Shown piece by piece: positions 49,371-60,027 of a DNA stretch of 64,000 bases. Both the position numbers and the translations under genes were made by a program. The stretch comes from Sminthopsis crassicaudata. Lineage: Eukaryota. Location: positions 187,943,238 through 188,007,237 of the forward strand of contig NC_133621.1 of NCBI RefSeq assembly GCF_048593235.1, given 5' to 3'. Below the pieces are notes generated by a model, which saw only the letters and a program-made list of their open reading frames with translations, did no database searches and had not been told where the DNA came from. Within the stretch, counting starts at the first letter, position 1. The number at the start of each line of letters is the position of its first letter.

Positions 49371-50951
49371 TTACAATGTATTAATGACACCATTTCAAGT
49401 CACATAAAGCTTTCATGCTAGGAGTTTTTGACCCAAGTTCTTGCCAAAGCTAATAGTTATCATCACAGCTTGTAGGGCAGGAGAAACAGTCTGTTCTCAG
49501 TCTGAGGGTAAGAATGAGGACAGATGAGGCTGAAAGGAAAAAGTGCCTATTTTTTTTTTGATATGGGTAGACAACTCTAAAGAGGGATGGGAAAATATAG
49601 CCATAATTTCCCTTTTCCTCCCTCTTTACTGAAATTTATTCTGCATGATCTGAAGTCTGTGCTCTCCTTATCACTTGCACCAGAATATACCCACTGGATT
49701 ATTTGTAAATATTCTTTCCCTTGGTATATAACTGAATTAGACCATAGAAAGGAAAATTTATGGATTAGAATTGACTTATTCTTTTCCTTTTCCCATAAAC
49801 TATCTGATCTTCCCCCAGATACATATAAGTATGTAACTAATGGACTAGTTTATAAGACCCCAGTCCTTAGAGCATTCCTACTGTGCTGTGCTTGCTGCCA
49901 ACTCAATTGGCATTTAGTGAGCTTTCTTCTGGAAATGTTAATGGAAGCCTCTGACTGCCCATAATTAAATATGCAGTTATTATATAACTATTTTCTGTGG
50001 ATTTAAGGTGTTTGGATGAAAAGTATTTTAATTGGCTTCTAAGTTGGAATTGAGTGTGCATTCTAAAGACAAAAACAGATTAAGACCCCTTTTTATGTCA
50101 GTTTTTGAGTAAGGAGGTAGAAGAATTACTCTGGGTTCCTGGATGGGCCAAGCTTCTTTAACCCATTCTTTCTCTCAGTTTTCATATAGCTGTAAATACA
50201 TGGAGCTGCTGTTTTTCCCTTCTCTAATTCACGTCTTTCTTTTTCCCCTGATCTTAAGTAAATGATTATCTAGAGAAAGAATAGACCAAATTATGCTATT
50301 ATGGGCCTCAATATGTTGGATGTACTATTGCAGGTCCAGCAATAATAGGAATTGCAGAGATTGTCATAGGTGCACTAACCAAGTCTGGTGAATCAGCACC
50401 ATCCTGAGGATCATCTGTTTGATTCAGCAAAGATTTATGGAGGAAATAGATTGTGAGTTTGGGTTAAACATCTTCTTTCCAGAAAAAATTGTAAATGTTA
50501 AAGGTACCGAGCTACTGGGAAATGTAAACAGAAATAGATCTTCAGGCAAAGAAACACTTTCCGATTTCTATCTTGGAGATTTCCATTGTCTTAGAAATTT
50601 CCTAGCTGGGTGTCTCATAAGATTAACTACAGAGAAAAGTTCCAACTGGAACAAACCTGATTTTTGGTAACTCCTAAAATCCAAGGTTAACACAATCTTC
50701 CCCCAAATCACTTGCCATCTCATCCCTATTTCTCAACTTTCCACATTTGGAAAGTGGTTGAGTAGCCTCATCTGATCGATTGTCGACCCTAAAACTACAT
50801 AAGTATGTTGTATATGCTTCTAAAACATCATATATTTTGAGTGTATATATATGTGTATGTATATGTATTTATCAGTATATCTCTTGCCTCAGGTAAATAT
50901 TGACACTGTTGACACCCTAGTCACTTAAGGACATAAAAAGGTCTGCTCTAT

Positions 50952-51431
50952 TGTAATGCTGGAGAAACTGAGCAAGGTAGAGATTAGAGAACAATTTAAT
51001 AATTTATTTAAAAGGGAGAGATATACTAGGACCAAATGGATCCATGGTTTGGTCCCAGACTATCCTCTCCAAGAATCCAGCAGTGAATGTCCCATAACAA
51101 GATTCTTTTATAGGGTTGCAGGAATAATGACATAATGGGGAAGGTACCTGAATGGGAATGGCCTAATGGTGGGAGGAACCTAGGATGAGAATGACATAAT
51201 AGAGGCAGGCACCTAGGATGACATAATGGAGGGAGGTACTGGAGAGGCTCCTGATATTCTAATGATGTCTAAAATGGATAAAGACCTTTATCCCTTCAAA
51301 CATTAAGAGGGAATGACTATAGATAAAAGATCTTTATCCTAACATTTAGAGGGAATAGTTATAACCTGAGGCAGAGTGACTAGGACAATTAGGAAAACTA
51401 GGTCAGGACATTAAAAGGGAACTGTGGTACA
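50952..51431 (-). mobile_element. Solo LTR (480 bp), ERV1-like, 4-bp TSD
   Basis: TGT...ACA termini. TSD CTAT at 50948-50951 and 51432-51435. AATAAA (-) at 51003-51008 and TATAAAA (-) at about 51106-51112. Confidence 0.85.
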
Positions 51432-52061
51432 CTATTTAGTACCAAATTTTGAACTGTATTAAAACCAATAAGCATCTAAACAATAGAATGATGAATCATT
51501 GGAATAGATTAGGTACATATTATACAAAAGTAAATAATCTTAGTAATGTAGTATTTGATAAATCCCAAGATCCAAGATTTGGGGGTAAGAACTCATCATC
51601 TAACAAAAATTGCTGGTAAAACTGGAAAGCAGTTTGGAAGAAATGAAGCATACATGAGTATATCAAGATATGATCAAAATAGATAAATGATTTACACATA
51701 AAGGATAATATTAAAAATAAAATAGGAAAGCAGGGAAAAATATACCTATCAAATTTATGGAAAATGGAACCAAAAAGGAGATAGAGAGGATCAAGGGAAA
51801 TAAAATTGGTTATTTTGGTTATATGAAATTTAAACAGTTTTGTACAGACAAAACTAATGGAGCCAAAAGTAGAAAGAAATAAAGAAATGGGAAATTTTTT
51901 TACAGCAATTTTCTCTGATAAATGGTTCATTTCTCAAATATGTAGGGAACTGAGCCAGACTGATAAAAAATAAGAATAATTCCCTAATAGATAAATGGTC
52001 AAAGGAAATGAACAGTTTTTAGAAGAAATGAAACTGATAAAAGCCACATAAAAATTATCTA

Positions 52062-52421
52062 CAATTCTGATGGACGTGCTCTCTTCAACATTGAGGTGAT
52101 TCAGAGCAGTTCCAAGGACCTTGTGATGAAGAAAGCCATCTGCACCCAGAGAGAGGACTGTGGGAACTGAGTATGGTTCACAACATAGCATTTTCGCTCT
52201 TTTTGTTGTTTGCTTGCATTTTGTTTTCTTTTTTTTTTTTTCCGGTTTGATTTGATTTTTCTTGTGCAGCAAGATAATTGTATAAATATGTATGCATATA
52301 TTGGATTATTTGACATTGAGGAGGGGGTAGGGGAAGAGGGTAAAATTGGAACACAAGGTTTTGCTAGGATTAATGTTGAAAAATTATCCAGGCATATGTT
52401 TTGAAAAATAAAAAGCTTTAA
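52062..52421 (+). mobile_element. Younger L1 3' tail nested inside the older L1
   Basis: L1 3'UTR flanked by aaaaattatcta (52050-52061) and aaaaatcatcta (52422-52433). Confidence 0.75.
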
Positions 52422-52883
52422 AAAAATCATCTAAATTATTACTGATTACAGAAATGCCAATTAAAAAAACTCTGATACATCTCATACTTACCACTTTGCT
52501 CTACAAAACAGAAAAGGAAAATGATAAATGCTGAAGGGAATATGGAAAAATGGGACACTAATGCACTGTTAGTGGAGTTGTGAACTAGCTCAACCTTTCT
52601 GCAGAACATTTTGGAACTGTGACCAAGGGGCTATAAAACTGTGCATACCCTTTGATCCAGCAATAATGATACTAGGTCTATATTCCAAAAAGATCAAAGG
52701 AAAAAGAAAAACGTACTTATTTGTACAAAAACCCTTATGATAGTTCTGTTTGTGATAGCAAAGAATTAGAAATCAAGGGAATGCTTATAAATTGAGGAAT
52801 AAACAATTTGTAGCATGTGATTGTGGTAGAATAGTGTGCTCTATGAAATGACAAGCAAATTTATTTCAGAAAAACCTGAGAAA

Positions 52884-53044
52884 GGGGCAGCTAGATATTG
52901 CAGTGGATAGAACATTGGCCCTGGAGTCAGGTGAATATAAGTTCAGATCTGAGCTCAGGCACTCAACACTTCTAGCTTTGTGACTCTGGGCAAGTCACTT
53001 AAATCCAATTGCCTTGCAAAAAACAAAAAACAAACAAACAAAAA
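52884..53044 (+). mobile_element. WSINE1-type SINE nested in L1, 15-bp TSD
   Basis: ggggcagctagatattgcagtggatagaacattggccctggagtcagg... with TSD agaaaaacctgagaa at 52868-52882 and 53045-53059. Confidence 0.85.
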
Positions 53045-53449
53045 AGAAAAACCTGAGAAGACTTATATGAACTGATGCAAAGTACAGTGAACAGAACAAG
53101 GAGAACAATATATACATCAAAAGCAATGTTGTAAGGATGATCACCTGTGAAAGAGTTAGTTACTCTGATCAAGATAATGATCCAAGATAATTCCAAAGGA
53201 TGTATGGTGAACATGGGGCATATCAAGTCAGAGATAAATAGTGCTTTTGGAGAGGATGGACACTGACAAGATAACTGACTTGACTTTTTATTAGCAGGTT
53301 TATAATGGACAGTGTTTGGACAGTGGAAAACTAAGGTGAAAGGAAGAGACCTAATAAGCAGTCTTATAAACTGTTCTCTATTTCCATGATGTATATGAAC
53401 CTCAAATGTGCTTGCAGTATTTATAAGTTATTGAATTTGATTGTAAATC

Positions 53450-56400
53450 ATTCTGTTAATGAGAACTGTCTTTTATATGTAGGACTGTCTTAAGGTTTCT
53501 CAGGCATACAACAATGAGGTCTGCACACCTTACCTTTGGTAAGCAGCCTGCTCTTCTCTTCCACACTTTTCTTTGGGGCCTTCCAAAAGCTGAGCTAATT
53601 CTGGCAGTGTATGCACCAGCCTCACCATCTATGTGGACATCTCTGGAAAACATACTGCCAAAGGAGTGAACTTATCCATAGCATTCAATATTTCTTCATT
53701 TGCTATAACCTAGGGCTCCGCATACAGATAGTATGGTGCTGGCTGGTGGAAAGCATGTATTTTCTTAGTATTAATTATTAGCTCATAATTAGCACAAGCA
53801 GCAGAGAATCAATACATACTGCATTAAGTACAAAATCATGTGAGAACAAGAAATCATGCACCAGCTCTCCCTCCACTTTAGTCCTGGCTACATTGTAGCC
53901 TTTTCAAGTTGAATAATTTACCATCAGTGTGACCCATCAGCTGACCTTGATGCTGTTTTCCTCCTTATTGCAGGAATCTGACAACACTGCTGAAAACATG
54001 CTAAAAAGCATGGCAGCAAGCACACAGCCTTGCTTTAGTCCATTGGTGCCCGGGAAAGCACAAAAGCATCACCCATTCCATGGCAAGCATGCCATCATGA
54101 AATTGACATGCAATACTGACATTTTAACATAATTTTCCACAAGCCCTCACAAGTGATAGTATCAGAGACCTTGGTCAGATCGATGAATGCTGAGTACAGA
54201 CCTATGTTCTTTCTGCTCCTGGCCTTTCTCTTGCAGTGGTTGGGCAGCAAACACTGTATTGATTGTTCCTTGGCCCTTTTTGAAGCCATATTGTCTTTCA
54301 GATAGATGACAGTTTTCCAGGGGAAGGACCAGCCTATAATGAGGATTCAGATAAGAATCTTGCCAGCAGTAACCAAGAGAGCCCCTGTGATTGTCATAGG
54401 ACAATTTCTGTTAGCTTTTTTATGAGCAGTAGACCTCCTGTCTTGTAAATCTCAGCTGGAATAGAATCAGCATCAGGTGTTTTGCCACACAAGAGGAACC
54501 TAATAGCATTCAAAACCCCTTCTTCAGTTGGAAATTTAGGTAGAGAGGGATTGACTTCAACCTGAGGCATACAGTCTATCTTCATCATTGATTGGTAATA
54601 TCTGTTGAGAACACTGGAAGTTTTTAGCTCATATCTCCAGGATCATGTCCTTAGCACTAATCAGTATGACTCTGAGCTGTTCAGCACTGAGTAGTTCAGA
54701 TACATGATAGGTCTTTGGCTCATAAGTAGCCTTCAGGGCAGCATAAAAGTGCTTTGTGTTGTTGCAATCAGTATAAAAATGAATTTTAATCTATCTTCCA
54801 GCTGAACCAAGAATCTTGCTTCTCTAAGTTTTGCCTGTACTTTGGATGTACTGCGTTCTTAGAAAGGGATGAACTATCCTGCTGGTAAACCCAGTGGAGT
54901 TCTTGTTTTTCATTTAACACCTTCTGAATTTTCCTATCATTTTCATCAACCCCGTTTTGATATTTGCAACTGTTTTGGCCCAGAAAAGAAACTAGTGCTG
55001 TATACCAGATATTTGAAAAACGTCCTCTCCTTTTTTACTTCACTATTACCAACAATATGCTGGCTCAGCTTCTCCTCCAAGTGAGTAACAAGCTCTTCTC
55101 ACTCCAAAAAAACTTTCTGATCTGTTGGTAGTCATCTTGCTTGGAGTTTCTGCTCTGGTTGAATGTGAATATTTAGTTTGGAGAGGATAAGTCTATTATC
55201 AGTCCAGCACTCTGCACCACATATTGCCTTCATCACTCTTGCATCCTAACTGTTTCTTCTCCTTACACTGACATAGTCTACTAAATGCTAATGTTTGCAT
55301 TTTGGTAAAAGAAGAAAATTAGTAATAAAAAGGTCATGAGATGTAGTAGGAGTGAGTGACCATTACTGTTGTAGTTTCCAACTCCATTCCTCTCAAGGAT
55401 TCCATGCCATCTATTCTTACTCTTGCATGAAAGTCATCCATAATTATAAATGTATCCTTTTTCAGCATATTGATGAGGGTCTCCAGGTATTCATAAAAAT
55501 TTTCCTTTACCTCATCAAGGGTCGCCTTGGTAGGAGCATAAGCACTGATGATGGTGATGCTTTCCTGAAAGTGGTAATCATATTTTCATGAATCTGTCTT
55601 TCGCTCCTTTTGGGAGGCATACAAACTTGTTGATTAGATTAGCTTGGATTGTAAAATTGATGCCAGATTTACAGTGCTCCCCTTCACTGCAGCTACTCTA
55701 GAAAATTGTATCCGGATCTGACTCTGACAAGGAGCCTTCACTTGCCAGTCTTGTTTCACTCAGAATTGCTATTTGGATAAAATATCTGCTGAGTTATCTC
55801 ATAACAAGAGTTCTTTGCCTGACAGATTTCCTGGATTTTATGTTGTACTTAAATGTGCACAGATTCCATACCTGTAATGATAGGATTTTGAGATAAATTA
55901 AAAAATGGTAAAATGGCATGGATGATGTCTTTAGATTTGTGCATAAATTAGATTTAAGTGAAGCAGAGTTGTGTGAAGTGATTGACCTCATTCTTTCTTC
56001 CAGAGTCATCAAAATACATTGACAACAGAAAGTTAAGATTATTGGTGATGATTTAGTCTGCAGTGGGTGATCTTGGTGTTTTTGATGTCTAACCAAGATC
56101 TTAGCATTCCAGCTTCATGGCAGTTTGGAAGGAATTGTTCTCATTCACCTATTCCACCAAGGGATGTCTTCATATCTTGGATACCCCCTGACTCATTGAA
56201 GGGTTTGAGACAACTCAGTTACCCTCAATCTGGTTTAGCCTGTGTGCTGAAACATTTACCAGGGTATGGCCACTGTGCTAGAGCTTCTTGGAGCCACAGG
56301 GATAGCTGTGTGAACCAGGTGGATACTAATGGTGGAAAGCAGCCCTGAAAAGGGCTCAGTAATCCTCACATCTATGGTACTAGTCTTCTCTAAGCACACT
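53450..56400 (-). mobile_element. Large decayed RTE-clade LINE (endonuclease and RT remnants)
   Basis: ORF-track fragments: LLCGKTPDADSIPAEIYKTGG; LSERQYGFKKGQGTINTVFAAQPLQEK; LYSAFIDLTKVSDT; FSRDVHIDGEAGAYTARISSAFGR. These are RTE ORF motifs with many stops and frameshifts. Confidence 0.88.
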
Positions 56401-57399
56401 GTACAACCCAAATGGAATACAGTAGGGGCTATATAAATGCTAGCTATCATTATCATCAGATGGTTCTGCACCAGGCTTTCTGATTAAAACCTTTTCCTCA
56501 GTGCCTACAGTCCCTGGCTTTCTTCCTATGCCATCTTAGGCTTTAAAAAATGGTCCACTGTAATTCCTTCTTGGATTTCTTCAACACCACCTAGTATGAT
56601 GCTTTGCTTTGGTTTTGTTGGGAGAGAATTAGACTGTACTATTTCCTCCCACTCTGCTGTCTTTGTCAGAATTTGCCTTTATCTTTTGATGGAAATTATA
56701 ATGATGATGATGGATTATCTTTTTTATGATTTCAGGATCTGTTAGTGTATGTTTAGTAGGTTTTTGTGTTTTGGGCATTCTCTTGTAGTAGAAGTAACTC
56801 TCCTACTCCTGATAGCTATTTTGTACATTGATTATCTTTTCCTGAGAATAGAAACTATTGATACCTTTTGGGGATACCTTAGATATGTTCCATTTTTATT
56901 TTGTTTTCAGAGATTTTTCTCCCATTATAGAGTTCTGGAGTAAGGAATAATGATCCAGAGAGTTTGGGAAAAGCTTAGCTCTCACTGTAGAATCAGATTG
57001 CCCCAGGAATGAATCTCAGATCTACATAAATCCAGATTAGAGATGATGACATTTCCCATTGATGTAACTAACGGCAGCCAGGGTCAATTGTGATCATTGT
57101 AGTTTAGTTCTTTAATAGTTTTTTTTTTTTTCTAGAAGACCTTTATTTCAGGAGGCAATTTTTTGGTAGAGCAATTTCTCAACACAATTTCTTTAATTAC
57201 AATGTTATATCAACTGCTGGAACCAATGAATTGAGAAAGAAGCATCTTTTGAAAGAAGGTCCATAATTCAAATAGTTGTAACTTAAAAGCAATAGAGAAA
57301 ATTAGGATCCCCCAACTTATTTAATGACATATGTTCCATATGTAAATCATTATAATTTATATAAGTGTTTACAGTGGAATTAATTCTCATGAAGCAAGT

Positions 57400-57660
57400 G
57401 CTGACTCAGTAGAAAGATGCAGGACTTGGAGTCTGAAAGACCTGAGTTAAAATCCAACTGTATACAGGTACTGATGATGTGACCTTGAAAAAGTCAATTA
57501 ACCTTTTGCCTCAGCTTCTTCAACTCTGGATGGAATTGGATAATAGCAGCACCTATCTTTTGGTTTTGTTATGAGGATCAAATGAGATATTTATAAAATG
57601 CTTAGCACAGTGTCTGGCAAATAATGAGTGATATGTAATAACTTGTTCCTTTCCCTTCTA
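57400..57660 (+). mobile_element. MIR/Mar-type CORE-SINE
   Basis: ggacttggagtctgaaagacctgagtt...gtgaccttgaaaaagtcaattaacc...tgcttagcacagtgtctggc, then a pyrimidine-rich tail. Confidence 0.7.
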
Positions 57661-57789
57661 TCTTGTTCTTTTATGCTAGAAGAAGTCTTGGCCCAGGTTC
57701 CTGCTGAAATGTGGCAAGTACATAGGTACCATTCAAACCTGGAGGTAAAGAAAAAAACAGTATATTTTCATTCTGCTGAAAAGAATGAG

Positions 57790-58205
57790 TACAACAGCAA
57801 CAAGAAGATTAGACGATGGTCAGTTCTGATGATGTGACTCTTTTCAACAATGAGATGATTCAGGCTAATTCCAATGTCTCATGGTGGAGAGAGCCAGCTG
57901 CACCCAGGGACTATAGTGTTGGTGGGGAGGGACTGAGTGTGGTCACAACACAGTTTTTTCACTCTTTTTTGTTGTTTCCTTGCATTTTGTTTTCTTTCTC
58001 ATTTTTTTCTTTTTTGATATGATTTTTCTTGTACAGCATGGTAAATTATGGAAATTGTGCAGAAAAATCTCTCATTTAACCTATACTGAATTACTTGCCA
58101 TCTAGGAGAGGGGTCGGGGGAAGGAAGGGGGAAAAATTTGGAACACAAGGGTTTTGCAAGGGTAGATGTTGAAAACTATCTATGCCCATATTTTGAAAAA
58201 AAAAA
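57790..58205 (+). mobile_element. L1 3'UTR fragment
   Basis: Same L1 terminal motifs (ttcaacaatgagatgattc...ggaacacaagggttttgcaagggtagatgttgaaaac) plus A-tail. Confidence 0.8.
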
Positions 58206-58419
58206 AAAATAAGTACAGGTGAAAGGGGGAAAGGCTCTAACTTTTCTGACATATCTAGACATTCCTTCTGATAGGGGAGGAAGAGCTCTGGAAAATATAG
58301 TTATAGGTTCTCTTTTTTCTTTCTCTTGACTGGAATGTTTTCTGCATGACTCAAAGCTTCTAATCAATCACAAGCATCTGAATGAGGCCTGTGTTCACCT
58401 GGCAACCCATCTTGCTTTA

Positions 58420-59027
58420 AATAAAGTAAAAAGTAAAGTGCTAAAGTGAAAGTAAAAAGAAATTCTGAGCTAGGGTTTTGGTAAATATCCTTTCTTTTAG
58501 TATCTAACTGAATTGAACCATGGGAAAGAAAACTATTTATTATGGGCTGGGCTTGATTCTTATTCCCCTCCTTTTCCTACAAACCACCTGATTTCCTCAA
58601 AACCACATGCAGATGCATTTTGCTACACCCACTTTGGCTAGGAAGAGAGGATTGCACAACAATAAAATTTCCCCTTAAAAAAAAAATTTATCCTGCATGC
58701 AGACCTCAATAGGGGAACTGGGGCCAAAGATAAAGTGGGCAGTGCCTATTCCAAAAGCAGAGGGAGCTCTAAGATCAAGACTGAATCCTCTTCTTCCTGT
58801 TTTATGGTCTTCCAGCCCCTCCTTATGTAGTTAAGGGAATTTGAGAAATAGACACATAGAGGGGGAATGGTAGAGACAAGACACAGAAGGGCAGAGAGGC
58901 TGGCTGAGAGGCAAGGGGAGTGCTAAATTCCCTGATAGCCCTCTGTACTTGTCTGTACGTACCTCCCAGGATGCCTACTTGCAGAAATAAGGGAAATTGA
59001 TCCACTCTTCCCCATCAGCTCCAGAAG
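58420..59027 (+). promoter_or_regulatory. C1S: Candidate C1S promoter and non-coding exon 1 (donor at 59027/59028)
   Basis: Unique sequence with IRF-E AAAGTGAAAGT at 58443-58453, C/EBP site ATTGCACAAC at 58651-58660 and donor CCAGAAG|GTAAAA. Position fits an untranslated first exon. Not verifiable without transcripts. Confidence 0.45.
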
Positions 59028-59584
59028 GTAAAAACCTTAAAAGCAAGTGGTATGAACTCTAATATGGAGAATACCTTCAATATGATGGTTTTGGTCTTTA
59101 GGCAAAGAAGAGAGAAAGGAGTTTCATCTCCTTTCTTAACCTGGGGCCATTTTTCTTGGGCCAACTTCACCCTCATTCCATCCTCCAGCAACCCTTGCTA
59201 AAAAGCTAATATGTACTTTAAACAAACTATGGGAAGATTATTACTTTAAGATAGAAGGAAACTATTAAAGAAATGAGAGAGAACCTGCTCTCAATCCTTT
59301 TCCTCCAGTTTCTTTTGATTAATTTGCCATTTTTCTTCCCCTATCTACCTTTCCAGCTCTGTTTCCATCTGAGATATAGGGAACAAGATTTTTTGGTTTT
59401 GTTTGTTTTATATTATTTGGAGTAAATCTTAAGGTGTATTTTATTTTGGTCCTGAAGGAATCAACCTTTCTTCTCTACCATTAGAATTCAATAATCAAAT
59501 ATAGTGAAGAGAAATGTAAGAAAGTGAATCAAAGATTCAAAAGCCCAGGGAGAATGTATTCCTGATGCTTTGTGATAAAGGGAC

Positions 59585-59585
<1 letters not shown>

Positions 59586-59625
<40 letters not shown>
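59586..59625. repeat. (TG)20 microsatellite
   Basis: Uninterrupted TG run. Confidence 0.95.
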
Positions 59626-59626
<1 letters not shown>

Positions 59627-60027
59627 CTTGGATAGAGAGATATTGGGTGCTGTGAGGGCATAAAGAAAGAGGAATGTCATAAAATTTAAGTCAAAGTAAC
59701 AGAAAAGCTGAATAATGAGAAAAGCCAAATTGATTAACATGTTGCTTAGGAGAGAGCAATCTTAATCTTAGTATTCAATGTGTGAGACAAGAGAAACAAA
59801 AGGCAATGGAAGGACAAAGTCTAGAAACTTAAAGGCTGGAAAAATGTGAAAGATGGGTAAAGTTGGATGGTACTGCTTGGTAGAACCTGAGTGTTGGTAT
59901 GAAAGTGTCATTGAACTCCAGGTGACTCTCACTCCCAAAGCAGGTTTGCTCAGACAAATCCGGTGAAACCTCTCCCTTCTCTGAACTCCAAAGTCCAGAG
60001 GTAGAGAAGAGAGAGCCAGAGGTAAAG

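Larger units (their letters stand above)
51440..53220 (+). mobile_element. Old L1 ORF2/3' fragment carrying nested younger insertions
   Basis: L1 ORF2 motifs (gactcatcatctaacaaaaattgctggtaaaactggaaagcag; gggacactaatgcactgttagtggag), interrupted at 52062-52421 and 52884-53044. Confidence 0.8.
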
